A stretch of DNA of 64,000 nucleotides from Myxococcaceae bacterium. GTDB lineage: Bacteria > Myxococcota > Myxococcia > Myxococcales > Myxococcaceae. Under the pieces are notes generated by a model. It searched no databases and was not told where the DNA came from. It saw only the letters and a list, made by a program, of their open reading frames with translations. The stretch spans positions 12,554 to 76,553 of the forward strand of contig JANRKQ010000129.1 in the NCBI GenBank assembly GCA_033763395.1, written 5' to 3'. The position numbers and the translations under genes were made by a program. This document shows, piece after piece, positions 1 through 8,742 of the stretch; positions within the stretch are counted from its first letter, which is position 1; the number at the start of each line of letters is the position of its first letter.

Positions 1-1336
1 GCGCATCGCGGGGCTCGAGGTGCTGCGCCTGCTCAACGAGCCGACCGCCGCCGCGATGGCCTATGGCCTGGTGAACTCGTTCCAGGGCCGCGCGCTGGTG
101 TTCGACCTCGGCGGTGGCACCTTCGACGTCTCGGTGCTCGAGATGGAGAACGGCGTGTACGAGGTGCGCGCCACCGGCGGAGACCCCCAGCTCGGCGGCG
201 ACGACTTCGACGCGCGCATCGTGCAGTGGCTCGTGGCGCAGGTGCCCGACCTCTACCGCGACGCCGTCGTGAAGGACCGCGTGTCGATGCAGCGCCTGCG
301 CTACGCCGCCGAGCGCGCCAAGCGCACCCTGTCGGACAAGCCCGAGGCCTACATCTCGGTCGGTGAGCTGGGCGATCACTCGAGCGGTGAGGGGCGCTTC
401 TGCCAGCTCGACACCGCGCTCACGCGGGCGTTCTTCGAGTCGTTGTCCGAGCCCCTCACCACGCGCTGCCTCGACGTCTGCCGGCAGGTGCTCGACGCCG
501 CGAAGCTCACCGCGCAGGACATCGAGGCCGTGATGCTCGTCGGGGGCATGACGCGCATGCCGCTGGTGCGAGAGCTCGTCACCCGCTTCTTCGGCCACCC
601 ACCCGTCACCGGCGTGAACCCCGACGAAGCGGTGGCGCTGGGCGCCGCGGTGCACGCCGCCGAGCTCGCGTCGCGCCAGGGCCAGACGGTGCTCATCGAC
701 GTCGCCAGCCACACGCTGTCGGTGGGGGTGCTCGGCGGCTCGGTGCGCAAGCTGATTCCCCGCAACTCGCCCGTGCCCGCCACCGCGAAGGACGCCTTCC
801 TGCCCGGCCGCACCGGCCAGACGCAGGCCCGCATTCCCGTGTTCCAGGGCGAGAGCGACTTCGCCGACGAGTGCACGAAGCTGGGAGAGGTCGTCCTGCA
901 CGAGCTCAACGTCGTCAACCGCGCCGACGTGCCCATCGAGGTGACCTTCGAGCTGTCGAACGAGGGCACGCTCTCGGTGCGCGCCGTCGACACCACCACC
1001 GGCATGGCCGAGGCCCTGCGCATCGAGGCCCGCACCACGCTGTCGACGAGCGAGGTCGACTCACTCAAGGCCGAGCAGGCGGCGTACTCCGAGGCCCAGG
1101 CCGAGAAGGACAAGGCGCTCGCCATTCAGACGTTCCCCCGGGTGCTCGACAAGGCCGAGCGTCTGGTGCGCCTGCTCGAGAAGAGCGCCGAAGAGAACCC
1201 CAGCCCCGAGGCTGACACCGCCGTGGGGCAGGTGAAGGCGCTGCTGGCGCAGGGGCGGGTGGCGGTGAGGCTGCAGGACACCGGGCAGATGGCCGAGGTC
1301 ACCCGGCTGCTCGAGCGCCTCGTCGCGTTGTCCTGA
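1..1336 (+). CDS. Hsp70/DnaK-family chaperone paralog, 5'-truncated at window edge
   Basis: The frame of ORF 20..1336 stays open back to base 2. Translation shows canonical Hsp70 NBD motifs: [48 protein letters not shown] beta-sandwich SBD-like region follows ([13 protein letters not shown]...[15 protein letters not shown]), then a short helical tail unlike the canonical DnaK C-terminus. Confidence 0.9.
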   Translation, partial: RIAGLEVLRLLNEPTAAAMAYGLVNSFQGRALVFDLGGGTFDVSVLEMENGVYEVRATGGDPQLGGDDFDARIVQWLVAQVPDLYRDAVVKDRVSMQRLRYAAERAKRTLSDKPEAYISVGELGDHSSGEGRFCQLDTALTRAFFESLSEPLTTRCLDVCRQVLDAAKLTAQDIEAVMLVGGMTRMPLVRELVTRFFGHPPVTGVNPDEAVALGAAVHAAELASRQGQTVLIDVASHTLSVGVLGGSVRKLIPRNSPVPATAKDAFLPGRTGQTQARIPVFQGESDFADECTKLGEVVLHELNVVNRADVPIEVTFELSNEGTLSVRAVDTTTGMAEALRIEARTTLSTSEVDSLKAEQAAYSEAQAEKDKALAIQTFPRVLDKAERLVRLLEKSAEENPSPEADTAVGQVKALLAQGRVAVRLQDTGQMAEVTRLLERLVALS

Positions 1337-1375
1337 CTCGTCGCTGTGTCCTGACTCGACGAGGGTCCTGACTCG
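1330..1375. repeat. Three direct copies of GTCCTGACTCG filling the convergent intergenic gap
   Basis: Exact 11-mers at 1330-1340, 1348-1358 and 1365-1375 (spacing 18 and 17 nt). The first copy contains the Hsp70 stop codon. CTCGTCG (1337-1343) pairs with CGACGAG (1357-1363) as a possible hairpin. Confidence 0.6.
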
Positions 1376-1383
1376 CCGAGGCG

Positions 1384-2247
1384 TCACTGCATGAACGAGG
1401 GCTGTTCGTTCGTGGCCGTCTCGAGCGCCCGCTTGAGGCGCTGCTTCACGCGCATCTCGATCTGCCGCAGCCGCTCCCGTGAGAGCTGGAAGCGGTCTCC
1501 GAGGTCGGCGAGCGTGGTGTCGTCTTCGTCGGCCATGAGGCGATGCTGCAGCACCGCGCGCTCGCGCTCGTCGAGGGCCTTCCACAGGCGCTGCACCACC
1601 TGGTGGACGAGCTCGTCGCGCTCGGTCGCGCCGATGGCCTCTTCGGGCGATGCGTCGGCGCCGGGGAGCAGGTCGAGCGCGGTCGTCTCACCGTCTTCGT
1701 TCACCTTGACGTCGAGCGACAGGTCGGACGACGAGAGCCGCGCCGAGTGCTGGCGAATGACGTCTTCCGAGACGCCGAACTGCCGGGCGAGCAGCGCGTC
1801 GATGCCCTCGTGGCCGGGCCCGAGCAGCGTCTCGGCCTTCGCCCGCGCCGAGCGGAGCTTGAAGAAGAACTTCGCGCCGAGGGCGCCAGTGGCCACCGTC
1901 ACGATGCTGTTGGCCCGCATCGCGTAGGCGAGCATGTGCGCGCGGATCCAGTACGTCGCGTAGGTCTTGAAGCGCACGCCGCGCAGGTCGAACTTCTCGA
2001 CGGCCCGGAGCAGGCCCACGTTGCCCTCGGCGACGAGCTCGTCCTTCGGCACGCCGTAGCCGCGCAGCCGGTGCGCGAGGTGCACCACCAGCGGCAGGTG
2101 CGCCTCGACGAGCGCCTCGGCCGCCTTCCGGTCCTTCTTCTCGAGCCAGCGGCGCGCGAGGCGGCGCTCCTCGTCTTCCGTCATCTGCGGCTGCCGGCTG
2201 ATTCGTGCGCACTGCCGCTCGAAGTAGGTCGCTTCGCTCATTCCCAT
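1384..2247 (-). CDS. RpoH-like (sigma-32 group) sigma-70 family RNA polymerase sigma factor
   Basis: 287 aa. Region 2 is VAEGNVGLLRAVEKFDLRGVRFKTYATYWIRAHM. An RpoH-box-like element GAKFFFKLRSA is present. The region 4 HTH is TLADLGDRFQLSRERLRQIEMRVKQRL. High GC3. Confidence 0.85.
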   Translation of the reverse strand: MGMSEATYFERQCARISRQPQMTEDEERRLARRWLEKKDRKAAEALVEAHLPLVVHLAHRLRGYGVPKDELVAEGNVGLLRAVEKFDLRGVRFKTYATYWIRAHMLAYAMRANSIVTVATGALGAKFFFKLRSARAKAETLLGPGHEGIDALLARQFGVSEDVIRQHSARLSSSDLSLDVKVNEDGETTALDLLPGADASPEEAIGATERDELVHQVVQRLWKALDERERAVLQHRLMADEDDTTLADLGDRFQLSRERLRQIEMRVKQRLKRALETATNEQPSFMQ

Positions 2248-2403
2248 GGTCAGGCCTCGGTTCGACGGAGAGGAAGGGTGGTGAGCGATGTGTAGTCTTT
2301 GTCGAATGTGAGGAAAATTTGATAATTGGCTGTGCGGACATCGAGAAAACAGATGTTCTGGGCACGGGGCCTCGGCAGCCGGGCTGATCAGCGGGAGGGA
2401 AGA

Positions 2404-2766
2404 TCAGCGCTTGCCGTTGAAGCGGGCGGCCTTCGAGCTGTGCGCCTCGCGCTGCCGCTCGATCTCGCGCGCCACCAGGCGGCCGACCCGGTCGGCCACG
2501 CTGTCGATGATGAACCGCAGGTCGCCATTGCCATCTTCAACCCGGAGCTCATCGCCTCCGTCGAGCTTGACCGTCACGAGGCACTTCTTGTCGGGCCCCC
2601 CCTTCGGGCCGTTCACGTCCTCGAAGACGACCTTCACCGAACGGATCCGGTTCGAGAAGCGGGACAGGGCGAGGTGCAGCCGCTGGTCGGCGTGGGCCTT
2701 CAGCTCGTCTGTCAGGGGCACGTTGCGCCCCCGGATCTCGATGTTCACGGGCCAAGAGGTAGGCAC
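2404..2766 (-). CDS. hpf: Ribosome hibernation promoting factor / RaiA family (short form)
   Basis: 120 aa. VNIEIRGRNVPLTDELKAHADQRLHLALSRFSNRIRSVKVVFED...VKLDGGDELRVEDGNGDLRFIIDSVADRVGRLV matches the beta-alpha-beta-beta-beta-alpha HPF/YfiA pattern. Confidence 0.8.
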   Translation of the reverse strand: MPTSWPVNIEIRGRNVPLTDELKAHADQRLHLALSRFSNRIRSVKVVFEDVNGPKGGPDKKCLVTVKLDGGDELRVEDGNGDLRFIIDSVADRVGRLVAREIERQREAHSSKAARFNGKR

Positions 2767-2815
2767 GTGGGCCCAGCGGGGCTACTTCGAAAAAGCGAAG
2801 TCGCCTGTGAGCCGC

Positions 2816-3631
2816 TCAAGGGTTGCAGCTGTCGCACCGACTGGCAGGTGCCAGCGGCATCTCGGGCGGCAGCTCGACCGTGTGGTGGCAGTGCCTACAG
2901 CTCCGCTCGACGTGGTGAGCGAGGCGGGTCGGGGTCCCGCAGGCCTCGCAGGGGAGCCCGGGCACTGGCGCTCCGCCGACGAAGCCAGGCCAGTCGCAGC
3001 GGGGACAGCGCGTTGCCAGGGCCGAGACGCACCGCTCCAGGGCGCGGCGAATCGATGCCTGCCGCAGCGGGTTCAGGTGCGCGCGCATGTCGGTCTCGAG
3101 GTGAACGGGGCCGCTGCGGAGCGCGTCGGTGACGAGCCTGCTCAGGTGGTTCGGATCGGTCACTGCCTTGTGGGCGCCGACGATGAGGGCATGCGAAGGA
3201 AACCGATGCGCCGCGGCGAAGGCGAGCGCCTCGTCGAGCGATCCGACCAGGGCAGCGCCGAAGTTGGTGTCGCTGGTGAGATCGTCTCCGCGGAGCTCGA
3301 GGCCCGTCTGGCGATCCAAGAGCAGCACCAGCTCGTGGCCCCCGGCGATCCACGGCAGGTGTGGGTGCGGGCCGAATGAGCCCTCGCTGGCGAGCGCGAA
3401 GCGGGCCTGGGGCGCGTGCTCGAGCGCCCAGGTGAGCTTCGTGCGCGCGGCGTCGAGCGCGGTGCCGACACGTGGCCGCTCGCGGGTGAAGGTGCCGAGT
3501 TGGTCCGTGTCGACGTCGCCGAGGTGCACGAGCGCCAGCCCGTGCGGCTCGAGGAGGCCCGCCAGCAGCCGCTCCTTGCCGTGCTTCGTCACCAGCGCCA
3601 CGGTGGCGCCACTGGTCGGAGGAAACCCCAC
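2816..3631 (-). CDS. Hypothetical protein with C-terminal double CxxC zinc-ribbon-like tail
   Basis: 271 aa, high GC3. Tail is CPRCDWPG...CEACGTP and CRHCHH...CDSCNP. I do not securely recognise the N-terminal domain. Confidence 0.6.
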   Translation of the reverse strand: MGFPPTSGATVALVTKHGKERLLAGLLEPHGLALVHLGDVDTDQLGTFTRERPRVGTALDAARTKLTWALEHAPQARFALASEGSFGPHPHLPWIAGGHELVLLLDRQTGLELRGDDLTSDTNFGAALVGSLDEALAFAAAHRFPSHALIVGAHKAVTDPNHLSRLVTDALRSGPVHLETDMRAHLNPLRQASIRRALERCVSALATRCPRCDWPGFVGGAPVPGLPCEACGTPTRLAHHVERSCRHCHHTVELPPEMPLAPASRCDSCNP

Positions 3632-3726
3632 TCAGGCCTCCATGCCGACGAGTGGCCCGCCGTGTCCACCAATCCAGTGGGGCTGAATGATCCGCACCGC
3701 TGCGGAAAGGGCGATACATCGGCGCG

Positions 3727-5223
3727 GTGGGTGTCCGTGAGGTCAAGGAAAAGGCCGCGAAGCTCGTGGCCCAGGGCCAGCTCGACCGCGCCGAAGTGTT
3801 GTTGCGGCAGGTGCTGACGCAAACGCCGCGCGACGCCCAGACCTGGCTCAAGCACGCCGAAGTGCTCAAGCGGCTCTCTCGCCCGGCCGACGCGGTGGCG
3901 AGCTACCGGCTGGCCGCACGCATTCTCGACGACGAGGGGCACCACCCGCGCGCGGCGGCGGCGCTCAAGCTGGCGCTCACGCTCCTGCCGGACGACATCG
4001 ACCTCATCACCGATGTCATCCGCTCAGAGATGAAGACGCGCAAAGGCCAGGCGGCCGTACGCTCGGTGTTCCCCATCTCGTCGCCATCGCAGCTCCTGGC
4101 CGCGGTGCCCGCGTCGTCACCCAGCGCCATCGCGCGCGACGCCGAGGGGCTCCAGCTGGCGTTGCCGAGCGCGCCAGCCCGCGTCGATGCGCTGGGACGA
4201 GAGAGTGACCGACGGGCCAGTGAGACCTCGGGCGCTCTTGTCGACAGCGCGGCTACGGCGAATTCCCCAGGCGACGCACCGAGCGGCGACGCGCGCACGT
4301 TCGACTCCACGCACGCGGGCGATCGCCCCACCGCGGAGGTTGGGCTCGACGAGGTCGTGAACCAGGACGCAGGTGACGGGCGCGGACCACGTGCGCACGA
4401 CTCCACGCGCGCGGGCGATCGCCCCGCCGCGCTGGCTGGGCTCGACCAGGATGTGACCGAGGACACAGGTGACGGGGGGCGCGGACCACGTGCGCACGAC
4501 TCCACGCACGCGGGCGATCGCCCCACCGCGCTGGCTGGGCTCGACCAGGATGTGACCGAGTACACAGGTGACGGGGGGCGCGGACCACGTGCGCACGACT
4601 CCACGCACGTGGGCGATCGGTCCACCGCGCTCGCTGGGCTCGACGAGGTCGTGAACCAGGACGCTGGTGACGGGCGCGCGAGCGGCCCTGCTGATTCGGT
4701 GCGAAGCCCTGGCTCGCACCAGCGGCTCGTGAGCCGCCTTCCTGACGCCGGACTCCCCGAAGGCATCGCCCCTGATGCTGCGGGGGCAGGGCACCTCTCT
4801 CCAGCTGGGAACGGAGACGAGGCCCCCGGCGCGTTCGAGTTGATCGTCCCAGACGTGCTGACGACTTCGCCCGCAGCGAGTCATGGCGCGTCGCACGAAC
4901 CGGTCGCGCCTCGCGATGCGCTCGACCTACTCGTCCGCGACACCCTCGGCGCTCGACGCAGCGAACCTCCCGCGGGCGAGGCACACGTGCGCCCCTCATC
5001 GCCTGTCGGGGCCAGTCCCCAGGACCCCGATGCCGACTCCGGGTTCGCCCTCGAGGTGCGCGCCGGGCCCGACGTCTGGCCTCAGGTCCGACGCCTCTCG
5101 GCACGCGCCGTCGCGATTCGTCCGGCACCGGGCGCCCGGTGGGTCGTCATCTCCGGCGATCTGCTCGAGGTGCGCTTCACCGACGAGCTCGACGTCCCCG
5201 AAGACGCCGAGTGGCTCGAGTGA
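3727..5223 (+). CDS. TPR-like N-terminal domain protein with 32-33 aa acidic tandem repeats
   Basis: GTG start. The N-terminus AKLVAQGQLDRAEVLLRQVLTQTPRDAQTWLKHAEVLKRLSRPADAVASYRLAARIL is TPR-like. The central region holds 4 repeats of GPRAHDSTHAGDRPTALAGLDQDVTE.TGDGGR. Confidence 0.6.
   Translation: MGVREVKEKAAKLVAQGQLDRAEVLLRQVLTQTPRDAQTWLKHAEVLKRLSRPADAVASYRLAARILDDEGHHPRAAAALKLALTLLPDDIDLITDVIRSEMKTRKGQAAVRSVFPISSPSQLLAAVPASSPSAIARDAEGLQLALPSAPARVDALGRESDRRASETSGALVDSAATANSPGDAPSGDARTFDSTHAGDRPTAEVGLDEVVNQDAGDGRGPRAHDSTRAGDRPAALAGLDQDVTEDTGDGGRGPRAHDSTHAGDRPTALAGLDQDVTEYTGDGGRGPRAHDSTHVGDRSTALAGLDEVVNQDAGDGRASGPADSVRSPGSHQRLVSRLPDAGLPEGIAPDAAGAGHLSPAGNGDEAPGAFELIVPDVLTTSPAASHGASHEPVAPRDALDLLVRDTLGARRSEPPAGEAHVRPSSPVGASPQDPDADSGFALEVRAGPDVWPQVRRLSARAVAIRPAPGARWVVISGDLLEVRFTDELDVPEDAEWLE
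4290..4690 (+). repeat. In-frame coding tandem repeat, period 96/99/99 nt, 4 copies
   Basis: The anchor GACTCCAC recurs at 4303, 4399, 4498 and 4597. All periods are multiples of 3, and copies 2-4 are near-identical at the nucleotide level. Confidence 0.85.
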
Positions 5224-5233
5224 GCACGAAGTG

Positions 5234-6046
5234 ATGCGTGCGGGCGCGAGCAGGTTTATGAGGCAGCGCGTGCGGCTCGGAGCGTTCATCGTGGCGGTGC
5301 TGTCGGTGCCCACGCTCGCCCACGCCGAGCGGCCCTTTCCCTTCACGTGGACCTCGGCCACCGAGGCGAAGGGTGCAGCCAGCCCCCAGCTCTGGCTCAC
5401 CATCCGGTCCGGCCGTCAGACGCCGTACGACGCGCTCGAGGCCCGCGGGTGGGTTGGCCTCGGGGTCGCGCGCAACGTCGACGTGCACCTGGGGCTCGAC
5501 GCCGACGTGGCGCTGCGCCGTCGGGAAGAGAAGCAGCTCGACGGCCGGCTGTCGACGCAGGTCCGGTACCGGCTGCTCGAGCCCAACGACGTGGTGGGCC
5601 TGGCGCTGCTCGCGCGCGCGGGCGTGGGCGTGGCCGCCACGCAGCTCGAAGCGCGCCTCATCCTCGACCGGGTGCTGGGTGACGTGCTCCTCGCCGCCAA
5701 CTCGGCCTTCGAGCGCACCATCTTCTGGGACCGCCGTGACGCCATCGAGACGCGCCTCGAGCACTCCTTCGCGCTCCGCCTCGCGGTGACGACCGACGTG
5801 ACGGCGGGCCTCGAGCTGCGCGCGCGGCAGGCGTGGCGGAGCGCCGAGTACCAGGGCACCGGGTTCTACGTCGGGCCGACACTCTCGGTGCGCACGAAGG
5901 TCGCCTGGGTCAGCATCGGCGCCGTCGCGCAGGTGGCGTCGCACAAGGCCGAGGGCGACCGCGGCAACGGCGAGCCGATCATCTTCCGGGACGACGAGCG
6001 GTTCGTCATCCGGCTGGTGGTGGGTGCGCCGACGCCGACGAAGTGA
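5234..6046 (+). CDS. Secreted beta-rich hypothetical protein
   Basis: ATG at 5234 lies in the frame of ORF 4883..6046, just after the upstream stop at 5223. Signal peptide is MRAGASRFMRQRVRLGAFIVAVLSVPTLAHA. Alternating hydrophobic beta-strand-like segments follow. There is no terminal aromatic residue, so an outer-membrane barrel call is not secure. Confidence 0.55.
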   Translation: MRAGASRFMRQRVRLGAFIVAVLSVPTLAHAERPFPFTWTSATEAKGAASPQLWLTIRSGRQTPYDALEARGWVGLGVARNVDVHLGLDADVALRRREEKQLDGRLSTQVRYRLLEPNDVVGLALLARAGVGVAATQLEARLILDRVLGDVLLAANSAFERTIFWDRRDAIETRLEHSFALRLAVTTDVTAGLELRARQAWRSAEYQGTGFYVGPTLSVRTKVAWVSIGAVAQVASHKAEGDRGNGEPIIFRDDERFVIRLVVGAPTPTK

Positions 6047-8690
6047 CGGCTGACGCCTTCCGCAGCAGCTTGAGCGCGTCGACGGCGAGCACGGGTACGA
6101 CGCCGAACGCGCACGCCGACGCGAGGTTCGCGAGCGACTCGTTGGCGAAGCCGAACAGGCGCTGAAGGAACGGGACGAGCGTGACCGCGGCGAGAACGCC
6201 CAGGGTCGCCGTCAGCAGGACCGGCAGGGCCCGGTTGGAACGCGCGAGCCCCTGCCAGAACGGTCCGCGCGCGCGCGCCGACAAGAGGATGGCGAGGTTC
6301 CCCGTCACCAGGGCGACGAAGGCGAGCGTGCGCTGCGACTCGAGCGGTAGGGCGGCGGCGCGGGCCCACCAGGTGACGCCGAGCGCGCCCGCCAGCGCCG
6401 CCGCGCCGAGCGCGAGGCTGAGCGCGATACCCGAGGCCGTGAAGAGGCGCGCGGTGGCACCACGGGGTGGGCGCTCCATCACATCGGGCTCTTCGGGCTC
6501 GGCCTCGAACACGATGGAGCACGAGGGGTCGATGATGAGCTCGAGGAAGACGACGTGCACCGGGCCGAGCACGACGCCCCACCCGAGCAGCGCCGGCACC
6601 AGCGACAGGCCCGCGAGCGGCAGGTGCACCGCGAGGATGTAGCCCACCGCCTTGCGGAGGTTGTCGAAGATGCGGCGCCCCAGGCGCACCGCCGTGACGA
6701 TGGAGCCGAACGCGTCGTCCACCAGCACCAGCGAAGCCGCCTCGCGCGCGACGTCGGTGCCCCGCTGGCCCATGGCGACCCCGATGTCGGCGGCCTTGAG
6801 GGCGGGCGCGTCGTTGACGCCGTCGCCCGTCATCGCCACCACCCGCCCGTCGGCCTTCAGCGCCTGCACGATGCGCAGCTTGTGGGCCGGCACGGCGCGC
6901 GCCACCACCGAGGCCGTCTTCAGGCGACGTTGGAGCGCGTCGTCGGACAACGCCTCGAGCTCCGGCCCGGTCAGCACGTCGTCGGTCGACAGGCCGGCCT
7001 TGCGGGCGATGGCGCGCGCCGTCTCGAGGTGATCTCCGGTGATGACGAGCACCTGGAGCCGCGCTCGCCGGCAGGTCGCGATGGCCTCGGCCACGTCGTC
7101 GCGCAGCGGGTCTTCGAGGCCGACGAGGCCGGCCAGCACGAAGTCGACCTCGTGGGGGTGACGGGGTTCGGCGTCGACCGGCCCCGCGCTGCGCGCCACC
7201 GCGAGCACCCGCAGCCCGTCCGAGGCCAGCGTGCGCACCTCGTCCCGCCAGCGCGCCGCCGTGTCGGGGGAGAGGTGGCAGAGATCGAAGATGGCCTCGG
7301 GCGCGCCCTTGGTGGCCACCACGAGGCGCCCCGTGTCGTCGCCGCGCCAGAGGTGCGTGACGGCGAGCAGCCCCGGCGAGAGGGGAAACTCGCGCGCCTG
7401 CGTCCAGTCCGGGTGGAGGTGCTCGGTGCGCGCGAGCGCGCGCGTGCCCAGCGCGTGAAAGGCCTTCTCCATCGGGTCGAAGGGGTCTCGCGGCGAGGCC
7501 AGAATCCCGAACTCCACCAGCGCGTGAACGGCCTCGGGCAGCTCGGCGCGCTCCTCGAGCAGCTCGAAGGCCACGCCGGGCGTGAGGTCGGCCACCACGC
7601 GCGGGTGCTCCCCTCGCCTCGCCTCGGGAATGGGCCCCTCCGCCGGGACGAGGCGGCGCAGCGTCATGCGGTTCTGCGTCAGCGTGCCGGTCTTGTCGGT
7701 GCACAGCACCTCGGCGGCGCCCAGCGTCTCGACGGCGTTGACGTGTCGGGTCAGCACCTTCACCCGCGACAGCCGCCATGCGCCGATGGCGAGGAAGACG
7801 GTGAGGACGACGGGGAACTCCTCGGGGAGCAGCGCCATCGCCAGCGCGATGCCCGACAGCGCCGACTCGAGCCAGGGCGTGCCAGACAGCCCCCGAATCA
7901 CCACCAGCGCCAGCGACAGCCCCGCGCCCACGAGCGCCATGCGCCGCACGACGACGTCGACCTCGCGCTGGAGCGGGCTGCGACCTCGCTCGAGCTCGGC
8001 GAGCGACGCGCCGATGCGGCCCAGCTCCGACCGCGCGCCCGTGGCCACCACCTCGGCCAGCCCGCGCCCGGACGTCACCAGGGTGCCCGCGAAGAGGCTC
8101 GAGGTGCCGTCGCCACCGGGGCTGGCCGCCGTCGTCGCGGCGCGGTCGGGCTCCTTCGACACGCTCACCGACTCACCCGTCAAGAGGGACTCGTCGACGG
8201 TGAGGGTGCTGCCTTCGCGCAGGAGCGCGTCGGCCGGCACCCGGTCGCCCTCGGCGAGTCGCACGAGGTCGCCGCGCACCACGTGCAGGCCCGCGATGGT
8301 GCGAATCACGCCGTCGCGCACCACCGTCGCCCGCGGCGCCGAGAGATCCTTCAGGGCCTCGAGCGCCCGCTCGGTGCGGCCCTCCTGCACCACGGTGATG
8401 GTGATGACGATGAGGACGAAGCCGAGCAGGGTGAGGCCCTCGCGCACGTCGCCGAGCACGAGGTACAGCGCCGCGGCGCCGAGCAGGAGCAGGAACATCG
8501 GCTCCTTCACCACGCCCAGCACCAGCGCCAGCACGGTGCGCCGCTCCGACTTCGACAGCGCGTTGGGCCCGTCGACCGCCAGGCGTCGTTCAGCCTCGGC
8601 CGAGGTGAGGCCAAGCCACGGCGTGTCGGTTGCCGTCACCACTCCCTGCGGCGCAGAACCTGCGGGGGGCGGTGCGGGCGGTGCCGTCAT
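6006..8690 (-). CDS. Cation-transporting P-type ATPase (P2-type, Ca2+/Mg2+-like)
   Basis: 894 aa with the phosphorylation motif DKTGTLTQN, TGES, the hinge MTGDGVNDAPALKAADIGVAMG, and about 10 predicted TM segments. Confidence 0.9.
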   Translation of the reverse strand: MTAPPAPPPAGSAPQGVVTATDTPWLGLTSAEAERRLAVDGPNALSKSERRTVLALVLGVVKEPMFLLLLGAAALYLVLGDVREGLTLLGFVLIVITITVVQEGRTERALEALKDLSAPRATVVRDGVIRTIAGLHVVRGDLVRLAEGDRVPADALLREGSTLTVDESLLTGESVSVSKEPDRAATTAASPGGDGTSSLFAGTLVTSGRGLAEVVATGARSELGRIGASLAELERGRSPLQREVDVVVRRMALVGAGLSLALVVIRGLSGTPWLESALSGIALAMALLPEEFPVVLTVFLAIGAWRLSRVKVLTRHVNAVETLGAAEVLCTDKTGTLTQNRMTLRRLVPAEGPIPEARRGEHPRVVADLTPGVAFELLEERAELPEAVHALVEFGILASPRDPFDPMEKAFHALGTRALARTEHLHPDWTQAREFPLSPGLLAVTHLWRGDDTGRLVVATKGAPEAIFDLCHLSPDTAARWRDEVRTLASDGLRVLAVARSAGPVDAEPRHPHEVDFVLAGLVGLEDPLRDDVAEAIATCRRARLQVLVITGDHLETARAIARKAGLSTDDVLTGPELEALSDDALQRRLKTASVVARAVPAHKLRIVQALKADGRVVAMTGDGVNDAPALKAADIGVAMGQRGTDVAREAASLVLVDDAFGSIVTAVRLGRRIFDNLRKAVGYILAVHLPLAGLSLVPALLGWGVVLGPVHVVFLELIIDPSCSIVFEAEPEEPDVMERPPRGATARLFTASGIALSLALGAAALAGALGVTWWARAAALPLESQRTLAFVALVTGNLAILLSARARGPFWQGLARSNRALPVLLTATLGVLAAVTLVPFLQRLFGFANESLANLASACAFGVVPVLAVDALKLLRKASAVTSSASAHPPPAG

Positions 8691-8742
8691 TGGAGGACTC
8701 CGGCCGCGCTCGATGCAAACGAGCGACCAGAGGCCGACGACG

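Noticed and set aside
2350-2380. Sigma-54 promoter-like TGGGCAC element
   Set aside because: There is no TTGC element at the required 5-nt spacing. It is on the plus strand with no downstream plus-strand gene for 1.3 kb.
4883-5233. Upstream extension of ORF 4883..6046
   Set aside because: It overlaps the 3' end of the TPR/repeat protein gene in another frame. A signal peptide begins at the ATG at 5234, immediately after that gene's stop.
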